Under the pieces are notes generated by a model that saw nothing but the letters and a program-made list of their open reading frames with translations, had not been told where the DNA came from and ran no database searches. 64,000 bases of DNA from Chrysomallon squamiferum. Lineage: Eukaryota; Animalia; Mollusca. The stretch spans positions 4,092,001 to 4,156,000 of the forward strand of contig CM022679.1 in assembly GCA_012295275.1 (NCBI GenBank), read 5' to 3'. Every line of letters starts with the position of its first letter. The stretch's first letter is position 1. Positions 44,494 to 54,247 of the stretch are shown here, in pieces. The position numbers and the translations under genes are program-made.

Positions 44494-44853
44494 TAGTTTA
44501 CTTTTTGTTTTTTGTTTTGTGTTTCCTTTTCTTTCTTTCTTGTATACAACGCACTTGATGACATCACACAAACTGCCATCAGTCAAACGTCTCCCAGAAC
44601 ACGATCTCACGTATTCTTTTCTAAATAAACATTGCAGGTTTCTGTTTATTTTTTTTTTGTTTTCCTCAGTGTCCTTCTTTTTTATACCTACTTCGTTTCA
44701 TTCATTATTCTCCAAAACGGTCAGGGTCAAACAAAAAGTCGACCTCTAACAGTTTTACAATGCAAACATCAAAACGTTGACAGCGGTTAAAACATCTTCG
44801 GTTTTTTTTAGTTTTTTTTAAAGAAGTTGTTTTCTGTGGGTAAAATTTTCACT

Positions 44854-44996
44854 ATGAAATTTCAAGACATATTTAATTACATAGGTGATTTTGGAACTTA
44901 TCAGAAAAGAATCTATTTTACTGCTGCAGCTATTGCTATCGCTAACGCATTTCAGCAGATGGTCGTTGTCTTTTCTCTCACGGAACCGAAGTCAAG
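44854..44996 (+). CDS. SLC22 transporter exon 1
   Basis: MKFQDIFNYIGDFGTYQKRIYFTAAAIAIANAFQQMVVVFSLTEPKS(R): the typical SLC22 start (M.F.D....G.FG.YQ) plus TM1. Donor AG|GTAAGA. Confidence 0.92.
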
Positions 44997-45106
44997 GTAA
45001 GATGGTTTTTTTTTTTTTTTTTTTTTTTTGTACACTGGATGCCATTTTATCTGTTTTGTGATGATGATATTAGTGATAATGATGCTGCTGATGATGATAT
45101 CTTTAA

Positions 45107-45137
<31 letters not shown>

Positions 45138-45918
45138 TTTTGATATGGGTAGAATAAATCAATCCATATGAAAACAAAAATAAATTAATAAATAAATAAA
45201 ATTACAAATCTAAATAACCATAAAACATTTTAAAAAAATAAAAAATAATATGTATATACAAAATAACAACACCAAACAATTAAAGAAACAAAAAACAAAC
45301 AAAGAAAACAACAAACAAAACAAACAACAATAACAAAAATAAATCCCCCCCCCCTGAAAAAATAAAACAAATAACAAACAAATAAAATCAAACAAAATAA
45401 CGTAATCAAGACCTTCCCTCCAAATAAAAGTACACAGAAATCCATCTCTTAAAACTAAACACGAAAAAAAGAAGAAGACGACGACGAAGAAGAGCTATTC
45501 AAACAACATACAGAGCTGTGCAGACGTAATTTTCCCGTTTATTCTGTTACCGTTTCTAGGTCACGAGGAAAAAAAATAACAAAAACAGTTTTCTGTCACG
45601 TGAAAAGTCCAAGGAAATAGGACAAACAGAAACGACGTACATCACAATTAAGACTGTTTTTTTTTTTTTTTTTTTGCATTTATACAAAGCAAAAATAGTA
45701 CATTCTTTGAAAACAAACAGACACCCCCATCCGCAAGAAAATAGAAAAACAAACACAAAAAGAGGAGAGAGTTCACTGTGTATGTATGTATGTATGTATA
45801 TATGTGTGTGTGTGTATGTATGTATGTATGTATGCATGTGTTTATGTATGTAAGTGTGTATGTATGTACACATGTATGTATGTTTGTAACGGGTAATTTT
45901 TACTGTCTATAAATTCAG

Positions 45919-46120
45919 GTGTGCAGTTCCTGGTTTGACTAACGACTCGTACTCAGACCGCAGTGTGTTTGTAAATGAGAGTGTTCCCTGGCAGACAGAC
46001 AGCGACGGCAAACTGAGGCTTTCTAAGTGTTCCAGGTACGACGTTGACGGGAACGGCACGGTGGACTGTGACGCCTGGGTTTACGACAAAACGGTGTTCG
46101 AAGAAACGGCAACGTCGGAG
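45919..46120 (+). CDS. SLC22 transporter exon 2 (large extracellular loop)
   Basis: CAVPGLTNDSYSDRSVFVNESVPWQTDSDGKLRLSKCSRYDVDGNGTVDCDAWVYDKTVFEETATSE, with conserved Cys residues, WVYD and N-glycosylation sequons NDS, NES and NGT. Acceptor ttcAG, donor GAG|GTATTT. Confidence 0.93.
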
Positions 46121-46122
46121 GT

Positions 46123-46126
<4 letters not shown>

Positions 46127-46197
<71 letters not shown>
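46127..46197. repeat. (GA)n microsatellite starting at intron position +7 after SLC22 exon 2
   Basis: GAG|GTATTT is followed directly by (GA)n. Confidence 0.95.
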
Positions 46198-46200
<3 letters not shown>

Positions 46201-46618
46201 AATTTGCCATAATGAATCAAATTTTCGAATTAAACCCCAACAAGAAAAAATAAAAAAATAAAAAAAAAAAGAAAGAAAACAGGAAAAATAAAGAAACAAA
46301 AAAGAAAAACAAATAGAAGGAAAAAAAAAAAAACATAAAAACATAAAACAAAAGCCCCCCCCAAAAAAAAAACACCAAAAAAAAGAAAAATCAATCCCAA
46401 ACTCCTCCCAACATTCAATCTATGTTGAAAATGGTAATGAAAAATGGTATGCACTGACTGATATCTGATATCAAACAATAAATAATAAAAATAATATTCT
46501 AAACTATCAAATTAGCAAACATCGCTAACTTTTAATACTGAATTAAACATAATAAGCTATCATCCGTTATTAAATATCAGTTCCGTTTTAGCGACCATAT
46601 ATTTTTTTTATTATACAC

Positions 46619-46653
<35 letters not shown>

Positions 46654-46871
46654 TTCATGTTTCTATGTTGATATCTATTTTTAACAAATAGTTGAACATG
46701 ATATGTTGTCGTCTATTTGTAACGCATAATTTAACACAATATGCGATCACGTATTTTCATTACATAGTTCAAAACAATATTCTGTTATCTTTTTTAAATA
46801 ATCATTATAACATGTTAATAATGATAATTTATTTGTAACATGATATGAGATTATGTATTTTTAATACACAG

Positions 46872-46975
46872 TTTAACATGATATGCGAAGACAAGGTACG
46901 ACAGGCACACGCCAAAATGATGATGTTTGGTGGAATGATGGTTGGAGCGATTGTACTGGGCGCAGTATCCGATCT
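46872..46975 (+). CDS. SLC22 transporter exon 3 (104 nt)
   Basis: FNMICEDKVRQAHAKMMMFGGMMVGAIVLGAVSD(L). Acceptor cAG, donor GTAAGT. Confidence 0.93.
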
Positions 46976-47180
46976 GTAAGTCATTATTACGTAAACAACA
47001 GAAAACAATGTCAGCACAAAGTGTATCATCTTTGCAAAAACCTTCAGCTGTAAGCAAGACATACTACCAGAGAACATTAACCAGTTATTTGTTTCTCTAT
47101 ACATTTAAGTTTAAGAACTGATTTTTTTTTTTTTTTTTTTGGCTGAAATAAAAATTAATACTGAAGAAGAAAATAAAAGG

Positions 47181-47217
<37 letters not shown>

Positions 47218-47392
47218 AAGAAAAAGAAAGAAAGAAAGAAAGAAAGAAAGAAAAACAAAGGATAAAATGGATTCCGGCGATAATGATGGATTAAAGAAAC
47301 ATAAAAAGTAAATATATAATTATACGTGTTACTAAACTGTTCTGAAAGCAAATAGAATTATATATGGGTTTTTGGTCGTTTTTTAAAAACAG

Positions 47393-47546
47393 GTTCGGAA
47401 GAAAAAGACGCTGTTTGGAGCTCTGCTCTTCCACGTTGGGTTTGGGGTGGGGACATCATTTGCTCGAAGTTTCGAGGTTTTCGCTGCTCTTCGATTTATG
47501 CTTGGAATAGCGCAGAGTGGAGTGTACCTGTCAGCCTTCGTCATAG
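47393..47546 (+). CDS. SLC22 transporter exon 4 (154 nt; 1-nt frameshift in the A-run at 47402-47406)
   Basis: FGRK is read in the incoming frame, while TLFGALLFHVGFGVGTSFARSFEVFAALRFMLGIAQSGVYLSAFVI(G) is in a shifted frame. Acceptor cAG at 47391-47392, donor G|GTAAAA. Confidence 0.88.
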
Positions 47547-47844
47547 GTAAAACAAACAAACAAACAAACAAACAACACTGAGAAACAAACAAACTACATT
47601 GACAAACAAGAAGTAAATAATAATAATAATGAAAATATTAAGTAGGAAGACGTCATCACCAGAATAGTAAGGGATAAAGAAAGATTAATCGTAGCATCAT
47701 CAACAATATGACAAAATTAGAACTTGAACAACAAGTTAATTGTGATGATGATAATAACAAAAATGATGATGATGTTAATGACAACAACAGAAACAACATT
47801 ACTATTACTACAACTACTACTACTACTACTATTACTAGTACTAC

Positions 47845-47906
<62 letters not shown>

Positions 47907-48153
47907 TTATTGTTATTGTTATATAATCATTATCATGATCATCATAATAACACTATTTAGATGAAAAAAAAATTACCAAGATACGATTTATAATTATGTA
48001 AGGTTTATAACTTTGATATTAAACATTACAGGATGGTTACAGTATTTTCTTCAAGCGAAAACAATACTGTACTTCTCGTTAATGAGGTTCAAAAACCATG
48101 AGTCATGTACATGAAATATTAAACTATGACATTTACATTTATATAATTTTTAG

Positions 48154-48322
48154 GTATGGAGCTGGTAGGTCCCAGCAGACGTGCGTTGGCTGGTATTGGT
48201 ATAAAATTTTACTATGTAACTGGCATGTTTATACTTGGAGGTCTTGCCTATGCCATCAGGAATTGGCATTACCTTCATCTTGCAGTTTCTGTTCCAAATA
48301 TTCTCTTCATTTCGTTTTTCTG
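48154..48322 (+). CDS. SLC22 transporter exon 5 (169 nt)
   Basis: MELVGPSRRALAGIGIKFYYVTGMFILGGLAYAIRNWHYLHLAVSVPNILFISFF(W). Acceptor tttAG, donor GTAAGT. Confidence 0.94.
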
Positions 48323-48452
48323 GTAAGTCAAATCTCTAGACCCAGAACACTGACACAGATACAAAGTTGATAGCGGAGAAATAGAACAAAAAAATAAGTA
48401 TGCATTACGCAGAGAGAAAACCAAACATATACAGAAAAGAGAGAGAGAGTAT

Positions 48453-48520
<68 letters not shown>

Positions 48521-48750
48521 GCATTCATACAACAAACATAAGTCAGTATTCGATCATTCTAAAGTAAGGAATTTGCTTTGCAAATTCATTTATATTCATC
48601 ACAAATATCCAGTTCAGCACGTATATACTTAAAAGCCCTTGTGGTCGTATTTCGAAAATAGAAAGACCCTTGCCAATGACGAAAGAATTTTCGAAAAGAA
48701 TAACTACATTAAGTAATCTAAATGTGCTGATTAAATCTTATCCCCTCAAG

Positions 48751-48957
48751 GATTCTGCCCGAGTCTCCTCGCTGGCTTCTTCAGAAAGGAAGAATTGACG
48801 AGGCCGAGGCAATAATTAAGAAAGCGGCCGCAGTGAACAAAGTGAAACTTCCAGACAGATTCTTTGACAAGGACGCGAACACGTCGCAAGGCAGCGTGAG
48901 AGACCTGTTCACCAACAGAACTCTGTTTATACGAACTGTTATCATCTACATCAACTG
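48751..48957 (+). CDS. SLC22 transporter exon 6
   Basis: ILPESPRWLLQKGRIDEAEAIIKKAAAVNKVKLPDRFFDKDANTSQGSVRDLFTNRTLFIRTVIIYIN(W), with the PESPRWL signature. Acceptor aAG, donor GTAAGA. Confidence 0.94.
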
Positions 48958-49618
48958 GTAAGAAAGACTGGATGATAATGGTTAACAAAAATAAAAGTTA
49001 TTTTATATTTTTTTGGTTTCTTTAACTAAACGACAAAGAGCACTCTGAATAATTTTTTAAATATCTCGAGTCCCAAGCATTAACTTTCTTAATATGAAAA
49101 CAAAATAATATAAGCACAGATTACAGCAACAACAAAACGATCCGGAACTCTATTTCATATATAAAAAAATGGGTTTATTTTATTTTATTTACTTATTTTT
49201 TTTAAATGTTTTCTTTCATTGTTTTTAATTAATAAAGATACATAGAAAAAAATATGTGTCGCCATTCTATTAACTATTGTTATTTATTAATTTGAAAGTA
49301 TCTTGTATAAGCATCTTTCAGTCTCAGGAAAGAAATGATCGAGGTTCTTAATGATGTCGGTATCACCATACATGTACTGTGTGTCTTATCAAACAGTAAC
49401 AGTTACCTTGATACGTGTTAGAAATACAAAACATCGAGTTTGTTTTTGATGAAGGTATCAACGAAAAACTCTGGTTATCTTAATAATAATAATGATGACG
49501 TTACTAGATGATGATGATGATGATGATTATAGGTGATGATGAAGAATACGATCATGATGAATTTGATGATGATAATGATGATGATGGTAATAATTCTAAG
49601 CCTATTATTAAATTCCAG

Positions 49619-49845
49619 GATGGTTATCAGCATGATGTATTACGGGTTAACTCTCAACGTGAGCAACCTCAGCGGCAACATCCATCTCAACTTCGAAATC
49701 GCCAATGTTGTGGAGTTCATCAGCTACGTCATCATCATTCTCATACTTGGAAGAGTTGGCCGAAAGAAGGTCCACTGTACGAGCATGATCATCGGTGGTT
49801 TGGCCTGCGTCTTTACCATATTTCCTGTACTATACGGCGGCTCTG
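49619..49845 (+). CDS. SLC22 transporter exon 7
   Basis: MVISMMYYGLTLNVSNLSGNIHLNFEIANVVEFISYVIIILILGRVGRKKVHCTSMIIGGLACVFTIFPVLYGGS. Acceptor ccAG, phase-1 donor G|GTTCGT. Confidence 0.92.
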
Positions 49846-50353
49846 GTTCGTAATTAAAACCGCTGCACTGCTATATTTCATATATTTCATGTTACAGTTA
49901 CTTCAGTAATCACGATTAGGAAAAAATATTACTTTATGCACGTAAGTTTGATTTTAATTTTGATTTATATGTTTATTTATTTAATTATTTGTTTATTTTT
50001 GACAAAATGACGTTTCCGATTCTAGGATGACAGATTTCTGTATCTCTGCTAATTGTAAACAAAAGTGTCATTTTATGCGTGTTTTGTGCATATTTGTATG
50101 TCAATATAAATTATCATTATATCTAAAAAAAAAAAAAAAAAAAACCTCCCAAAAAACAAAACAACAACAACTAACACACAAAGCAACAACAAAGAAAATA
50201 AAATACAATAAAAAAATAAATAATAATAGAAAATAAACAAAGAAAGAAAAACAATAAATACATTTTAAGATTGACTACGGACTAATGATTTATACACCAT
50301 ATCTCTTCTTCATTTTTTAATATCAAATAATGTATTTTTAATTTCTCCTACAG

Positions 50354-50535
50354 AAAAAGGTGTTGTCTTCGTGGTTCTTGCAATGATAGGAAAGATGTGT
50401 GTTTCTGCTGCTTATACCATCATCTACATATTTTCCGCGGAGCTGTTTCCTACTTTAATTAGGAATTCAGCGATTGGCTGGGGATCTGTGTTTGCACGTG
50501 TTGGTGGAATTCTGTCACCGTACATCGCAGATCTG
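50354..50535 (+). CDS. SLC22 transporter exon 8
   Basis: (E)KGVVFVVLAMIGKMCVSAAYTIIYIFSAELFPTLIRNSAIGWGSVFARVGGILSPYIADL, with the ELFPTxxR motif. Acceptor cAG, donor GTAACA. Confidence 0.94.
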
Positions 50536-50775
50536 GTAACACACTCTTCAGTAATTAAGTATTGAACAGTACATTAATGAAATTAAAAAATAAGAAAAAG
50601 TTAAAGTATTAAATAAATAAATAATGATAGATAGATAGATAGATAGATGCAGGACTGAATAATATCAATGGTGAATTCCAATACATTTATTACGTTTTAT
50701 ACCGTAGATCTATATCTGTCTGTCTATATATATGTATGTGTGTATGTATGTATCTATGTATTTCTGTACATTTAG

Positions 50776-50927
50776 GGCAAATTCCTGGAAGGAAAGTTAG
50801 CCACCGCACTTCCCTTGTTAGTATTTGGCGCAGCTGCTGTTGTTGCTGGAATACTGTCTCTATGGTTACCAGAAACACTCAATCGGCCCATTCCAGATAC
50901 AATTGAGGAAGCAATACAATTTGAAAA
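50776..50927 (+). CDS. SLC22 transporter exon 9
   Basis: [50 protein letters not shown], with the LPET...PDTIEE signature. Acceptor ttAG, donor GTAAGT. Confidence 0.94.
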
Positions 50928-51926
50928 GTAAGTTTGTCTAATGATGATGATGATGATGGTGCTAAGCAGAAACTAAAAATATAATAAGTTATTACGAATT
51001 GCTGTAAAACAACACATCTTTGAATGGAGAGTCAATAAACAAAATTTCTAAAACAATGTAACCTCATTTCTACCAAGCAATATAAAGTATTTCATTCTGG
51101 ATTCTTTATTTAAGAATAGTTAAAGTAATAAACCAATACTGTTTTTGACAGTTAAAAAACCTTACTCAGTCGACATGTAAATATTGTATGTGATTTACTT
51201 GCAACATCTCTTTATATCTTTCTAAAATGTTCCAATATCGGTTTCTATCTAACACGGATTCGTTCTCCAATAAAACGTATCCTAATAAGTTTCTAGTAGT
51301 TTCTTACAGTACACTTTATACAATACGCTATATCCTGTTGGCATGTTCAAAGTGCTTAAATACAGTTTCTTGTATCTTAGGTCTAATACGGCCTGAAGGT
51401 TAACATGCACTGGTTGTAATGTCGAGTGCTGTCAGTATTATTAGTTTTTGAGGATTGATAGGCCCTGCTATGCATTCTCAGTTTACCCCTGGGCTTGTCC
51501 TCGATACCTTTATTAAACAGGCTCTCAATACTTTCCCACTGCTTGGGGCAGAGAGCCTTTTGTAAATGTCTTATTCTGATTACAACTGTCTATCAGGTCT
51601 ACTGAAGTTTAATATAGTATGTGCACTGTGTTATCTCATACTGTTTTAAAAAAATTAGCACTTTATAACGTACTAACAAATCTTTTTTTTTTTTTTTTTA
51701 ATGCAGCTTTATTTTTTAAATATTTTTTTAAAAACTAATACTTGGTAAATGCCTTTTATAGACTGTCATAGAATAAATTAACATATTATTTTTTTTTTTG
51801 TATGTTAATTTCGCCAATAGTCTGTATATAGAAGGTTTCACCGAATCTAACACACTTATTCTCTACTAAATCGTTTCGTTAAATTCAAAATCCGTCTCTT
51901 ATTAAATTTCCCTGTTTGACTTTCAG

Positions 51927-52026
51927 TTCTAATGATGAGGGGACCAACGTGGACGTTGCAGAGAAAGAGAAGAAAGACGTCACCGGCGTGGTTAACGAAA
52001 ACTTTGTAATCGATACCAGATTGTGA
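51927..52026 (+). CDS. SLC22 transporter terminal exon 10
   Basis: Acceptor tttcAG with matching phase (AA+T). Encodes SNDEGTNVDVAEKEKKDVTGVVNENFVIDTRL followed by TGA at 52024-52026, ending in a class-I PDZ motif as many SLC22 proteins do. Confidence 0.8.
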
Positions 52027-53622
52027 CCGTCGTGTCCAGCTCTGAATCACTGACAATCACTCGCTGATTGGAGTCCTTTATAATTACTGTTATTACTTTT
52101 GTATATTTAACCGCTGTAATCAGTGCAATCTTGAGTAACGGTACTGTCTTGTGACGCAAAATCTGAACTGGATAAATGCATTTCTAACGTCAAAAAGGAA
52201 AAGGTTCATTATGAAAGTATATTTTCAAACAGGAATATTTATTTGGGAACATATTTATTTGGATTTTAAATATGGCGCAATGGGTCATTTATATATAATA
52301 ACGTATAATACATCATAAGAAAAATATTGTTTTCTAATTTCAGACGTTATTAATACTCATTTAGTTAACAATAATTAATGCTGATATTGTATACATTTTT
52401 TTTATTTTTAACTCTTAAACATTCAGTTGTAATTGAATTCTTAAAATAATTTTTTTAATTTAAATTTTATTTCATTCGAATATAACATGCCATGTTTTTA
52501 TATAGTGTATGTTTGGAGATATTATTATTATTATTATTATTACTTTTATCATAATAAACATATAGTATAAGTGATGCGATTACATTAGTACTGACAGAAA
52601 ACATACTATACGGCACGGTGGCCTGAAATGAACGATAGAAAGAGACTTAACACAAGATACCATCATCAGTCCACTGTAATTCTTTCACGCCACAAGTAAT
52701 TATATTTATATTCGTTTATGTCGGTATAATGTTTTTACTCTTGCTGGCGTAGTCCTAAAATTAGTTTGTTTAGTGAAATGAAGCGACGCGGTGTCTTTAT
52801 ATTACACAGAAAGAGAAACAGACATGTGGACACAGAGGGACTATAAATGAGAAGTTGACAAAGAGATAAAAGTAATGGTAATTGAAGGACAGTGTACAGA
52901 CTCGCTGATAAACAGGTAGGCTAGTTGCTAGATGTGTGTATAGACGGGTAAATGACGATGTATATTATACATGTACACACAGTTAACGAGAAAAAGAATT
53001 ACTGAGTTATAACACACATTTAAACAATACAAATTGTATATCATTCACATGAACCTGTACATTAACATGATAGGAACCATAACAATGGATAATAAAAATT
53101 AAAAAAAAAAAAAATTTATCACTGACCTTTTTTATTTTATTTTATTTTGTTTTCTATTTTTTATTTTTTGTTACTGATATTTTTAAACCAAATTAAAAAA
53201 AAACAAAAAAAACAACAAAGTAAAACAAAACATCATTATTTGTAGTTGTAAAACACGTCTGTCACATTGTTATTTGATAGACGAACAATACCACGGTTTT
53301 TATTTTCAGAAATCAAAAATCTTTATTTCAAGATGTGTTATATGAAGTATTATTACCTTTTCAAACGATATGCCTGTTTGTTCTTTATTAAGAACAACTT
53401 CCTTGTTTGTCAGTACGAATTCATAGCCATATAAATGACCAATATTATTGTCCTTTTATTTGCTATTGTCGTTGGATTTTATTTCAATTTTTTTTTTCTG
53501 GAAAGTCATAATTCTTTATCTTCATACAAAAGAACGTGTCGCAGTGTGTTATTATAGACGATCAATAGCAAATGTCTCGTTACAAGGAGTTTTCAACTAA
53601 TTCAGTATTTCACCAATAACTG

Positions 53623-53628
53623 AATAAA
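53623..53628 (+). terminator. Possible polyadenylation signal for the SLC22 gene
   Basis: AATAAA followed by T/GT-rich sequence, at the end of a block of unique sequence 1.6 kb past the stop. Other AATAAA hexamers exist (for example near 52553), so the assignment is weak. Confidence 0.2.
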
Positions 53629-53813
53629 ACCTTGATAAATGTAATTACTTTGTGAACTAATTAACCGATATCTTATTGATTGAAAACATTAACATAAAAA
53701 AAAAGCAAAAAAAAAAAAAAGCCAAATAATGGATGTAAAAAAAAATAAAAAATAACAAAAAACAACAACAAACAAACAACACAAAACGAAAACAACAACC
53801 ACAACAACAAAAG

Positions 53814-53847
<34 letters not shown>

Positions 53848-53926
53848 TTACTAATGGTAATTTAAGAAATCCAATAACAAATAACAAGGTTGATGACCCA
53901 TTTCACTGAACTGTATTTCAGGTGTA

Positions 53927-53959
<33 letters not shown>

Positions 53960-54216
53960 AATTAAAATAAAAATAAAACTATCTACATCTAATCTGCATA
54001 TTTTGAGTTATACTTTATTATTTTTGTTTTCGAGTGCAATCTTAATTATTGAAGAAGTATAAACGCAAACACATGCAAATAAAAACAATAAAAATACAGC
54101 TTCTTTTCTTTTCTTTTCTTTTTAAAAAGTAATTTTTCTTTGATTTGTAATCACGATTTCCTTTCATGTAGGGCTTCTTGTGTCAAAAAAAAAAAAAAAA
54201 ATAATAATAATAAAAA

Positions 54217-54247
<31 letters not shown>

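Larger units (their letters stand above)
44854..52026 (+). other. SLC22-family (organic cation transporter-like, MFS) gene, 10 coding exons, ~546 aa if the exon-4 frameshift is corrected
   Basis: All 9 introns are GT-AG. Exon lengths 143, 202, 104, 154, 169, 207, 227, 182, 152 and 100 sum to 1640 nt, one short of 1641 (547 codons). Motifs GDFGTYQ, SDLFGRK, ELVGPSRR, PESPRWL, ELFPTLIR and LPET are present. Confidence 0.95.

Noticed and set aside
47383-48988. Minus-strand ORFs overlapping SLC22 exons (47383-47592, 48746-48988)
   Set aside because: Antisense shadows of true plus-strand coding exons.
51411-51588. Calling the intronic structured element a C/D or H/ACA snoRNA
   Set aside because: The box C candidate lacks the essential GA and there is no ANANNA hinge. 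It is kept only as an unclassified finding.
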